Below are positions 25,072 to 36,380 of a DNA stretch of 64,000 bases, one piece after another. The translations under genes were made by a program, and so were the position numbers. The DNA comes from Dicyema japonicum. Taxonomy: Eukaryota > Animalia > Dicyemida. Numbering within the stretch: position 1 is the first letter of the stretch; every line of letters starts with the position of its first letter. The notes beneath the pieces are model-generated. The model was given only the letters and a program-made list of their open reading frames with translations. It ran no database searches and had not been told where the DNA came from. The stretch lies in the NCBI GenBank assembly GCA_011109175.1, contig RDEW01000061.1:1-64000 (forward strand). Direction: 5' to 3'.

Positions 25072-26050
25072 AGTACAACATTGAAAATCTGAAGTACAAC
25101 AATGTTTAAATTGATGGAAATACAGCATGAAAATCTATTGGGAAAAAATTGAGAAGAAATCGCTGCACTCTATTTTATTTCAGTGTTTGAAAGGCACAGA
25201 AGTGAATATTGTTGAATCCTCTGGATGGCTAGTGCATGGAAATCACTTCCCTATAACCGAGGGAAGGCTGTGTCTACTTCAGGATCGTAACATGTTTTTT
25301 GATAACGGAGACTAAATGCGGGCATTGTAACTCAGCATAGAAGACCGTCGATCACCTTAAAACTAGGTGTGGGAGAATACTGAATAGCTCATCTCAACTG
25401 GCCCAACGAAGTGGTCAGATATTTACACCTACATCTTAGCCGTCAATATGGAATAAGAAAAACTAAGAAACTGAAGACCTATTCAGTACAATCTGTTGTC
25501 GCAAATAAAATTGTGAAGATTCGTGTAGACACGACGATCAGTACGGATACGACTGTAACAAATAAACCCAACATTTTTGTTTATGATAAGACAAAAAATA
25601 CGATTACTCTTGTGGAAATTGGGATCACTTCGCAAAACTGCCTCAAGTAGGTCGAAGTAGAAAAGTTCCACAAGTATGACCTACTGGCGAACTAATTTGA
25701 GATTATCCAAAGGTGAAAATAATCCCTGTGGTCATCACTTGGGTTGGATTTGTCTCCAGATTCTTCAAAGGCCACATGGATTCCCTCAAGTTAGAGGAGA
25801 GGGTCAAAGCTTATATACAGACGCTAGTGTTACGGAAGACTTTGGAGAGTATGCAAGTTGAGGAGAGGCATGAAGTATCGATGATGAGGAAGTTATAGGG
25901 AATGATAGGGGATGATAGGGAATGTCAACCTAGGGTAGTCTCTGAATGTGGGGTATACAGGGACGTGAACACGCCTATAAAGACAATAGGGGTTGGCCCC
26001 AAGAAGAAAAGATTAAGTTGCTTTTACTTATTGTTTGATTAATAAAATTT
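25072..26050 (+). mobile_element. R4/Dong-like REL-endonuclease retroelement 3' portion (~1 kb)
   Basis: CGHC...TVDHL...C zinc knuckle, (RH)NEVVRYLH, NKPNIFVYDK, LVEIGITS, EKFHKYD, IIPVVITW. Homologous to 55702-56680. Confidence 0.82.
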
Positions 26051-26099
26051 TGAAATATTGACCTTATTAATATCGTGCAGTTAATGTTTTTAACTTAAT

Positions 26100-26560
26100 T
26101 TTAATCAAATTTATTGAAATAAAGCATCAAATAATTTTTAACATTTTCATCATTAAAGTCCTTTTCGACCATTTTATTTAACATGGAAAAACTTCTTTCT
26201 ACCAAAATATTTGTCCCAGGACACTTCCATAAGTTTGCAAAAAATTCTGGACAAAACTCTTTTAATTTAGCATTTTTGATATCTTTTAATGGCATTTTAC
26301 TTGTCCTTTTTCAAGATATAATTTAATATAACGGATCTTGTTCAAATTTGATTGATTCTATAAATTTTATTGTATCATAATTATAAAAGTTATCTTTATT
26401 TCTAGAATAATTGGATGGTAGTCAGAAATCAAATCTGCCATATTTTCGTTAAATCTTCTGATTGTATTGAAGCTTTAACGTTTTCCACTATTTTTATATC
26501 ATCTGATAAATTTTGCTTATATGTGTCTGTTCGTCTTCAGTCGATTTTTAGGCATATGGA
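26100..26560 (-). mobile_element. hAT-like transposase C-terminal (dimerisation) remnant
   Basis: PGTNILVERSFSML...F.DENVKNYLMLYFN motif. Confidence 0.55.
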
Positions 26561-26785
26561 ACATTTATATTCGTGGGCTCCAAACTGATCCTTATGATAG
26601 TGTTAAAAACCACAATATTAAAAACCACAAGATTCCCTAGTTAGAAAAGTGAAAATTTAATTTCATAAAATAGTGTTAAAACGAGATTTTGATGATTAAT
26701 TCTGGGTTAAGAGCCATAAAGGAAGTTTCTCAAATTAGAAATCGAAAATTTAATTTTTATATTAAAAATAGCATTTGATTTTAAA

Positions 26786-26884
26786 AATATGTGTTTTATT
26801 AAGAAGGTGTGTAATAAAAGTGTGTAATACTTGTAAATAATAAGTTGAGATATCGGAAGATCAGACAAAAATGGAAGTAATTCT
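26786..26884. repeat. chimeric micro-duplication of two PCID2 gene segments
   Basis: 26786-26820 is the exact reverse complement of 32304-32338 (35/35). 26826-26884 is a direct copy of 32010-32068 (58/59). Confidence 0.9.
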
Positions 26885-26980
26885 GCTTATTCCAAATAAT
26901 TATAGAAAACACACCTTACCGTAATTATTTATAAATAGCTAAGCTAAAAATTTTAGTTAACCTTTATGATTTAATTTTTA

Positions 26981-27819
26981 TTAAGTTATAACTTTTTTAT
27001 TTTGAATAAAAAGTCTTTGATTGTTAAAAATTTCTTTATTATTCAAAAATTCTATAAATATAAATATATATACTTAAATTATTTGCATTGCATATTATTT
27101 CATTTAGATGTTTTATGTTTTTACTGAACGGATTTTCCTGACAGTTGAGTTCACTTAAAAATTTCATTTTTCTAATCCATTTCAAAAACTGTGAAAAATC
27201 ATAAATAAGGTTTGCATTAATCGCCAACTTTCGTAGTCCGATTAGCATAGAAATGGTGTCAACATCTTCAATGTTATTATAAGAAATGTCTAGTACTTCC
27301 AATGTAGTCTATATGTCTTATTATATATTTACAGAAAGTGTATAAGTAGTTCGGGGATCGAATATTAAACCTTAAGAATCTTTATAATAATAACCTGAGT
27401 GTTCGGTATTAGTTTGATTGTCAATATATAGTTCTTTCAGATATATTAAATTATCCAAACCTTCAATACAGTAATGCAATTATTACTAAGAAATCTGAAA
27501 AAAAACTTATTAGGACAAATACAATTTCGTAAGAAATCTAAGTGAGGATAGACCGGTGATGGCAGTAATATAATTATTTTGCAGATATAAATGAGTTAAC
27601 GAAAGACATTGGAAACAATTAGGAATACACTTTAATCTGTTTGAATGCAAATATATCGTAGTCGCATTTTTGCAAAAATTTAATATATCAGACTACAATA
27701 TATTAAACCAATAATACACAATGTTCCAATTCTCTGTTATTTAATTGCAGATGAGTCAGTGACTCACATGCTTTACTTCTATTAAACTTAATTAGTTTAT
27801 CATGTGTTAATATAGACAT
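26981..27819 (-). CDS. PPP1R42: PPP1R42/LRRC67 leucine-rich-repeat protein; one apparent 1-nt deletion near 27467
   Basis: MSILTHDKL...LTHLQLNNRELE/...FCKNATTIYLHSN...LTHLYLQNNYI...EGLDNLIYLKELYIDNQ/GLIFDPRT/...LEVLDISYNNIED...ENPF.../FLNNKEI follows human PPP1R42. Introns are 22-28 nt. Confidence 0.85.
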
Positions 27820-28280
27820 TATCTATGGTTACTATTTTATAATTAAAAAATAAGCATTTTGTATAAACTTAAATAATTAAAATTGAACTAAAAAAAATAA
27901 CTCAATTAATTTAAGAAAAATTGAAGTCTCGCGATTCTTTCAAATTCGGATTTCTTTCCTTTTCAACATCCACATTCGCAAAACTTATCTTTCGTTTCAT
28001 CATCAAACATGTTTTTTTCTTTTTTTGACAAGTGCCTTTGTTTTTTCGAGCCACCTTTTCAACATAGTCAGTTTGGCTTCTATGCACACTTTTAGTTCCT
28101 TTTCTTTTGAGTGAAATATGAGAGAGCTTCCTATGTTTGTGCAAATAACATTATGTCACATGGGCCAAGCGTTACCTATGGGCAGCCTGTTACATTAACC
28201 TTGAACCAAGATTAACTTCAATTAATTTTATAAATGATTTATTAACCACAAAAAATTAAATTTAAGTAACTTTTTTTAGT

Positions 28281-29298
28281 CTACTCATTAATACAGTCGA
28301 TATTTATCCTTTCGAATTTTTTATCTATCAAATTAAACTATTTAAAACTACCTCCACGCGATTATTCGATAAAATATTAATTATTTCTGCAACTGGATAA
28401 TACTGAGACTCAAACTTATTCAGTCGCAATGAGGGATTTGTTCCAAAGTCCTTTTTAGCCCGAACCTATTTATTAATGTTTTTGATTCATACTTTATCTC
28501 CCATGTTAAAAGTATATTTACTATTATGAACATTCATTTTCCTGTTCATAGCTTTGTAATAATTCGAATTTTCTTCAATCGATTTAATTTCGAAATTGAA
28601 TCTCTTCGCATTCGGACACAAATTATCTGACTGGGAATTATCTAGATATAAAAGTTTTCACATACATCTTTACCAGACTTATTATAGAGTGGTCGTACAA
28701 AAGCGAATCTATAAATTAAAAAAAAACCTACTATATATGTCAATGACCGTTAAAATCCATTTGAAATTTTCATTTAATGTTGAAAATTTTTTCAGGTCTA
28801 TTAGATCTATCTGAAAACGTTCATTTGGAGAAGAAGCAAACACATGGTGATTTATATCTCCAATCTATAATTATAAAAAATCACGAACTTTTAAAGGACG
28901 CGAAAATTTGCAGACTTCACAATTTCGAATGACTTTTCTGATAATCTCATTCTTTACAGTGAAGTATCTTTGTCGACATTCATACTCAATTTTATTGACT
29001 CCTCCGTGTGAAAACTCGTGCAACGATTTCGCAACATGCTCCATTTCGGTTTCATTATCCAGGGATATGACTAACTTGGGATCAGTTGATTTAAGATACA
29101 GTCTAAAATTATTGAAAATTTACAATACCTGTCATTGATAATAGAAAAATTCTCTATCTTCTTTACAAGCCTATATTTTCGGTGCCTCGGAAGGTTTTCG
29201 GGAAATTTATCATGCAAAGCATCTTTTAAAGTTTGATATTCAACGCAATCTTTCACAAAACCCTTGTAAGAAGCCATTGCAACAAAATAATCTTCCAT
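28281..29298 (-). pseudogene. KRBA2/SCAND3-type integrase with micro-introns; catalytic E region deleted
   Basis: LHEFSHGG...C.VC zinc finger, ERFQIDLIDL, WILTVIDIYSRFAFVRPL, QSDN, FNMGDKV/RAKKDFGTN. GT-AG introns of ~26, 24, 20 and 27 nt restore the frame. Confidence 0.8.
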
Positions 29299-29440
29299 GC
29301 TATAAATCACGCTAGAAATCTAGGTTTACCGCTATAAAAAATAAAATCTTTATAATCATAACATTTATGAATAAAAAACTAATTTAACAGGATTAAATCA
29401 CGATATAAATCGGATATATAAAATTAAATGTCGGATAATC

Positions 29441-29544
29441 CAATGAGTGACTCATCCTCACCTTTGTCGGTCTGGGATCACTTAGTTAGATGAGAACTTT
29501 TATTTCTTTCTTTTTGACCCAGTGATCCTGAGGGTAATAATAAT
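29441..29544 (+). mobile_element. Vingi J1 3' stub inserted in the Ginger element
   Basis: Matches 33591-33688 and the reverse complement of 50133-50240; (TAA)n tail; 14-bp TSD AATGTCGGATAATC (29427-29440, 29545-29558). Confidence 0.9.
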
Positions 29545-29699
29545 AATGTCGGATAATCAAAAGACCTTTTCAAGGTCGAAAAAATGTAACAGGCTGCCCA
29601 TGCGTTACGCGTCGCCCATGTAACACATTATTCTAATTCAAGGAATATGATTTAATGAATGCATTAATTAAAATAAAAAAAATTAAGAAGTTGGTATGG

Positions 29700-30200
29700 A
29701 GCTTAGTAGGTTTCCGTAATCTACGGAGAATTGGGCTTACTTCCTATATTTGGGAAACAATTCATTTGAACGATTTTTGAAATTGGAAATTTCATTATTT
29801 AGAGTCTTTTTTCAATTTTTTATTTAGTGAAGAGTAGATTCTGTTTTTTACCATCGTTTAACTCCTCAAATTTTCTAGATTTGGATGCAAGAATCTTTAA
29901 TGATAATGTGTGATCAAAGGTCATCCACACAAGATATTCTCTAGAATCTTGCTTAAGCATTTCAGGCGTCTAATCTACTATGTCTTTTCGCTTTACTTGT
30001 TAGATGATTGTAAGTAAAAATAAAAGATTGGCATAAAAATCCGGTAATGTCGATTGGGATTTAGTATAACTGTTTTTTGCGTTTCACACAGTCCTAGGAA
30101 CCACTCGGTCTCTATCGAGGACCTTGTAGATAGGTCAATTGAATTATATCCATTGGTTATGTTTCATCTTGTTCAGTAGAAATAAGCACGTATCACCATA
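29700..30200 (-). mobile_element. highly degenerate LINE RT C-terminal remnant
   Basis: YGDT (YADD-like) and YLVWMTFDHTLS (YLGxTFDxxLS-like) on the minus strand. Confidence 0.35.
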
Positions 30201-30332
30201 AAATGTAAAATATATTTATTATTAGCGTCATTAATATTAATCATATTAACTATCAGGTTTTAATAGATGATCTTTCAAGTTATTTCAAATTTTGATCAGA
30301 TTAGAATTGAGCCCGGATTCTGGTCGCAATTA

Positions 30333-30625
30333 TAATAATAACAACCTTTTCACGAGACCCATAATATTTATAGCTCCGCATAGGCAGGACACACACTTTA
30401 TTTAACTAAAGAACAGTTAATTTTAGCTAATCGTAAAACCAAAAAATGATCTTCACTTCTTTTTTTCTTTTTCTTGTGTGTGGGTCCTTTCTCTACAATC
30501 CAGTTCCGCAGTGAGTATCCACTGATGACGGCGTCACTCGTCAATCCCTTTTAGCATCACAGATGCGTGGAACCTTCCACCAGGTGAACAGCAGCGAGAA
30601 TCGAACCCGACACCTAACCACTATG
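30333..30625 (-). mobile_element. SINE family A copy 2 (A-box region deleted)
   Basis: Closely matches 99-425 but lacks ~43 nt containing the A-box; degenerate TSD ending GCAATTAT on both sides. Confidence 0.85.
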
Positions 30626-30679
30626 ATACTCGGCTATCCGGTTGCAATTATGTTAACTAAAATACATTTGTAGGAAATC

Positions 30680-31230
30680 ATTGCTAAAGCAAACTTAACA
30701 TTTTCTATGCAATATCAGGTACTTCTTTAAGGAATTCAAGGAGATACTTAAATTCGTCTATAAACAACTTCTGTGTGGAACTTTGAATTATTACTTGCCG
30801 TCTCTTTCAGCTCAAATTTCATCAAACGTCAACTGTTCCAAACTATCAAATTTGAACTATAATTTTTTGTAACTTGCACGTTTCGCTCAATCATCTCTTT
30901 GAGAATTAAAAACCTTTCCATCTTTGACAACCAGGCTACCTCACTGTCTTAAGAGTCTAGGCGCATTGGAGAACCGGCTTTATATTTATTAATGAAGCTT
31001 AGGTAATTTACGTATAAGTATGACTCAGTATGGAAGGATTGAACCTTGCGCGTAACAAATACATTTGGAAAGGAATGTGTTCAATTTTTTATGCTTAAAT
31101 TTTTGTGCGCCTTTAAACTCATAATTACCACTTGAAAGTTTTTCAAATTGGAATTTAACCTTTTTACAAAAATCTGTGTGAAGATTACGCATGTATAAAA
31201 CGCTCCTCTTATTGTTTTCCAATTAGATTT
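30680..31230 (-). mobile_element. hAT (GTF2IRD2/EPM2AIP1-like) transposase remnant
   Basis: SEVAWLSKMERFLILKEMI resembles the EVRWLS..L.RF..L motif; KCICYAQ resembles HCIxHxQ. Confidence 0.45.
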
Positions 31231-31387
31231 TTGGGAAAAATGAGTAAAATATGAAAATAACTATGACAAAGAACATCAGTCAAACAATTGTCCAAAGAGA
31301 AAAGAACTGAAACCAAATATTTAACACTTATCGTTTTAAAAAAATAGGTGAATCAAAATTGATTACTAATTACTCGTCCTTACAACA

Positions 31388-32767
31388 TCAATTACTACAA
31401 AGTGATGGAAATGCCATTTGTTTAGAGACAACAAGTATTTTATGACTATGCGCAATATACCCCCTTATTTTTTTCTTAAAATAAGATAAGATTAAAACCA
31501 TATATATAAGATTGGCCAAAATACACTCCACTTGATCTTCATCAACTTTCTCTCCACTACTGATTTCCATAGCTTTACATAATAGACTGATTGACATTCG
31601 GTGATTATCATATAGTCGATATACATGAAAGAATAGAGATCGGTAAACTAAAACTTCTATTCGTTGAATCAGTAAAGGATGCCTCGATTGGCATAAAATG
31701 TGGAATACTTTGAAATATTACTTTGATACAATGCAATATCACCATAGTCAACAGAATTAACAATTTGCGTAAAGTAAGGAAATGAATTCAAAACTTGATT
31801 TGAAGGTTTACACCCCTTTAAGAGTAAACAAATATAAAATACAGCTAAAATCTGAAGAGGAATAAGAAACATCAAAATAGTCTTTATATTGGAAGTATAG
31901 TGAGAAGGACAGTTCATAAAAGAAAAGGTAAGATATTGATTTGCCTCATCGTAATGCCCATCTAAAATGAGCTTCCTTCCATGGAAATACCTAACATATT
32001 ATTTAGGTAAATACTTGTAAGTAATAAGTTGAGATATCGGAAGATCAGACAAAAATGGAAGTAATTCTACTGCCTTTATAAGAGGATTAATCATCTGTCC
32101 TCGATTTGTCTACTTAACAATTTATAAATCAACTTTAAAGTATATAGCAGCTAACTGGTTAACAATTGGTACAAGCCCCCACTTTTTGCCAACTTCACAA
32201 GTTGTTACTCTTCTAACAAACAATTATAACAATATACGTGTCCGTGACAATTATTCTAAATATTCTTAATATTGCATTAATTCCTTTCTCAAATAAATCA
32301 TATCTTTTATTACACACCTTCTTAATAAAACACATATTACCTTAAAACCTAGAATTTTTACATTTTTGCATAATTCTATAACTGGTTTAATATTCCAATT
32401 TGACTCATTCCCATTTTGAAATAATCTTCCAAATGAACTACTAATATATAACTCTTATTACTCAAGTGTACATATTTCAAACTCATATGCGACGTCAATA
32501 CTGGGAGAACTCATTGCTCTGTTATTATATAAAATAACTATCACTTTATATGATTTATTACAAATTCTGAAATATTTTCATTTGTAATTTCAAATTCATG
32601 ATAAGGTATTGACTGAAAATACTCAATAGTATTAAATTCTAAGGATATTAAAAACTTTCTAATTAAAATATTTTACTGTCAATGCATCAGAATCTTTATT
32701 ATCGTACGAATTAATTACCTATGAATTAAATTTAGCATATTACACTAGAAATATATTGGTGCCACAT
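31388..32767 (-). CDS. PCID2: PCI domain-containing protein 2 (TREX-2/Thp1)
   Basis: MWHQYISS/VINSYDNKD...KKWGLVPIVNQLAAIYFK/...NPLIKAV...ITYK/YFHGRK...EANQYLTFSF..C...VECILANLIY.../IRGYIAHSHKILVVSKQMAFP matches the PCID2 family. Introns 21-26 nt. Confidence 0.9.
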
Positions 32768-32820
32768 TGTGATTTAAATTAATTTTAATATTTAAATAAT
32801 ATATTAAAAAATTATTATTT

Positions 32821-33688
32821 GCTTAAATGGAAGACTAGCACAAGTACTCTGCAACAACATCAAATCACTTCCCAAATGGACTCCTCAAGGCTCGCCACTA
32901 TCACCACACAATCACCCCAACTCTTCAATCTCTGCATAAACGACATGCCACAAACCTGTAATGAAAACTGCCTAATCCTCTCCTATGCCGACGATATCAT
33001 TCTTGCCTCCAAGGACAGAAGCATTCAATCAGCGACTCAATCCGCTCAACAAATGCTTGACATCAGCAACATAGTCCTCTGTCACGCTGTTTACCATTTA
33101 CAAAAGACAGCTCTGTATCGAACCAAAAATCTTTATGAAGACCGAGGCTATCATATAAACAAAACACCGAAGATTCTATGAGTCAACCTTGATCAGAGAC
33201 TAACCTTTATCCTACATGATGAGAACAAAGTAACTTCTGCTTTGAAGAAAATGAGAATTTTAAAAGTGCTCCCAAAAACACTTAGAGACCAAACTGGTGG
33301 CCTTGCCACGATTTATGAAAAATTTATCCAACCAACGATGACGTATGCAGGTCCTTCATGGGCAATGAAGATTTCACGATCTTCTTTATTGAAACTATCC
33401 TCAATCGAGTAGACTGCAATAAGGTTAAATGAACCAGAACAAAAAATCTAATCGAATTCAACGGAAACTCTTAAAGGAGGCTAGTTTACCGAGTTACCCT
33501 CTATTCCATACACAATCGAAATATCTACAGTCAAACAGAAATTTTGAGCCGATGCCATGTCCAATGAGAAGAGTTGTTCAGGATTCTTGACCGGACTCGT
33601 CCTCTCCCTTGTCGGTCTGGGATCACTTAGTTAGTTGAGAACCTTTTATTTCTTTCTCTTTGACCCAATGATCCTGGGGTAATAATAA
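32821..33688 (+). mobile_element. Vingi J1 5'-truncated copy (RT C-half + 3' UTR)
   Basis: LILSYADDIILAS; near-identical to the reverse complement of 50133-51030; ends GATCCTGGGG(TAA)n. Confidence 0.9.
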
Positions 33689-33699
33689 TCTTGGCTGCT

Positions 33700-34340
33700 A
33701 AGCGGTTAGAAATTCATTTTAAACAACTCCATGTTTCCATAACTTGCACTTTGTAAAAAGTGCTTGAGAAGCTGGAACAACTTGATTACTGGATTTTTGA
33801 TCTAAATAGCGACGTCGATTACGTGTTGTAGACGATGTAAATAATGTACACCTCCTCCGTTGTATGGGAATTCTGTTTGGTCCTAAGGATGACTACATGG
33901 AGAAAATTAAAACACTGAGAAAGAAGGTACTTTGTTCATTTTATGCCTCTGAATGTTACGCCTGGAGGAACAAAGTTTTTTGTTTGTCTTTTGAGAAATT
34001 ATTCTCCCCTTCCTCTTTTATGTTCGTGAGAGGATGGTTTTTTTTCCGAAGAACGAAAAATCCATCAACAGTCTCCTTTTTGTTTGAGAAGACGATGAGA
34101 AATGACTAGGGTTTCTTACGTTTCTAGAAGAGCTAAGATGGCTCATGCAGAAAAATTACGATCCACCATAAAGAAGTGCAGCCCGATAAAATTTCCCTGC
34201 AGACACAAAAGAAGGCATTTCCGGGGGCAGTTGGGTCGACGGTGGAACATTCAATGAGAGTTTGGGATATACTGGAAGCTGGGATCACCTAATTAGTGGG
34301 TTTAACCTTTCTTAGTGATCTTAGGGTTTAAATAAAAAAC
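33700..34340 (+). mobile_element. degenerate LINE 3' fragment with Vingi-type terminal hairpin
   Basis: CTGGGATCACCTAATTAG...CTTAGTGATCTTAGGGT at 34279-34328 resembles the J1 3' end. Confidence 0.45.
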
Positions 34341-34852
34341 CAAGTCGATTACTTTACATTTGGTCTAAGGTTCCTCTTTCTCTGCTTTATTATCGTTATG
34401 TTATGTTGTTTATCTGTCTCAGCTGGCCTCCACTGACAGGAAGGTAACTTACCATACCATTAACTTTGGCAGCCTAATGGATTCTAGAAACACCAAGCGA
34501 GCACATCTCAAATGGTCTCAGTGTAAACGCATCATCTTTAGTACAATTGATTTAAACCTTTACTGAACAAATAAACGGATATTTAATAATCTCATTAGAA
34601 TCAACCATAATACTACTAAGACTCTTAAAAATCAATGAGCAAATATTTATTTTTTTGCATACTGTAATGGAGATACAGTAAAACCTCTCGAATCCGCCGC
34701 ATTTTTTCAAAAATACAAAATTCCCTATGAGAAATTCTCGAATCCGCCAATTTCTCAAAAACGCCGTATTTTAAAAATATTTTTTTAATTTTCTTATTAT
34801 TTTTATTTTTTTTAATTCAAAAAAACTTCTACATGAGACATTATCATTTTTT

Positions 34853-36349
34853 GTGTTGTTGGTCCTAATAGAACGTAATTGTACGAGATTAAAAAATTCT
34901 AAAAAGCTCCAAAATATAAAATTTATTAAGCAAAATCCAGGGTTTTCGCTCACAAGAGTATCTGAAATCTTTTCCGGAAAATTCAAACGTGTTATTTCAA
35001 GACGATCCTTAAATGACCTGAGGAGCAAAAGGAATGTATCCACCTTGCTTTTTTCAGAATTATCCTGGAATCCATATTTGAAGTTCGATGAAATTGATGA
35101 GGATACCATGTCATGGATCGAAATGATGGAAACCAGAGGAGCAATTCTTAATGATTCGATTATTCTTACAAAGGCGGAAGGCTTTGCAAAAAAACGCCAA
35201 ATAACTGATTTTAAAGCCACTCGTAGATGGATCGAAAAATTTAAAAGAAGATATGGGTTGAAATTGATGAAACTTTATGGAGAATCATCTTCAGAGAATT
35301 ACTCAAATTAGGAAGTTAATGAGTTTCTCACTAATATTAGAGAAAAAATATGGTTGAGAAAACGTCTATAATGCAGATGAGACTGGATTATTTTATAAAG
35401 CTCTTCCATCCAAAAGCATTTGCAGGATGAAGAGACAAGGGCATAAATTATTGAAGGATCGAATATCGGTAATGCTTTGTTCAAATATGACTGGTACTGA
35501 TAAACTAACACCACTTATAATTGGAAAATTCAAAAACCTTAGGTGCTCTAAAAATTTTACCTACCAAAGTTATGTAACCTATAATAATTCTAAAAAATTA
35601 ATGGATGGATTCCAAGTTATTCAATACATTTTTGTTTAAATGGGATATCAGGTTGGCTAAAAAAACGCAAAATACTATTCGTAATTGACCAATGTCCATT
35701 TAACAATATTTGTACAGATTTACAGCAAGTTGAACTAATGTTTCTACCGGCAAATGCTTCATGTTTTTTACAGCCGATGGACCAAGGAGTCATTAAGACA
35801 TTCAAGACGTTATTCAATAAATTAAAATTTCTTGAAATTATTGAAAAAATTGAACTCGGAAAATCATCAACCGAGGCATGTAAAGAAATAAGCCTAAAGG
35901 ATTCTATAATTTATACCTATCAAACATGGAAAAAGCTAAATAGTACAACAAAAATAAACTGTTTTCGACATGCTAATGGACCGAAGATTTTATTGAAGAA
36001 ATTAATGTTTTCGCCTGAAACTTATCAGGAATTCGTGTCAAGACTGCAAATAAATGATCCAATTTTAGAGGAAGAGTATCTTCACTATGAGTATACAGAG
36101 AATGAAGAGATCCTAGACAATTTGGATGAAAATGATGATGAAGACAAAGAATGCATTAATGATGGAGAACAAAAGAATGAACAAGTCGTTTTAGACCACG
36201 ATGCAGTGAATGCTGTCTATATATTGAAGAAGTACTTCAAACAGAAGGATGAAGTTAATTTAAATATCTTCAATCTACCTGATGATGTTAGTAGAAACAT
36301 CAAAACGAACTTTAAAACAAAAATAACTGATTTTTTTAAAGGAAATTAA
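34853..36349 (+). pseudogene. Tigger transposase (CENP-B HTH + DDE_1), frameshifted
   Basis: FKATRRWIEKFKRRYGL.....YGES, YNADETGLFYK, DRISVMLCSNMTGTDKL.PLIIGK, FLPANASCFLQPMDQGVIKTFK. Confidence 0.9.
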
Positions 36350-36380
36350 TGTTTTCATTTTTTTAATTATTCTTTAAAAA

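Larger units (their letters stand above)
28154..29625 (-). mobile_element. Ginger-like (integrase-type) DNA transposon, 1472 bp, internally deleted
   Basis: ~43-bp imperfect terminal inverted repeats (TIRs) starting TGT (28154-28196, 29583-29625); 5-bp TSD CATTA (28149-28153, 29626-29630); encodes an HHCC + DDE integrase. Confidence 0.88.

Noticed and set aside
27911-28144. Lysine-rich 77-aa ORF between PPP1R42 and the Ginger element
   Set aside because: Low complexity, no ATG or splice context and no recognisable motif.
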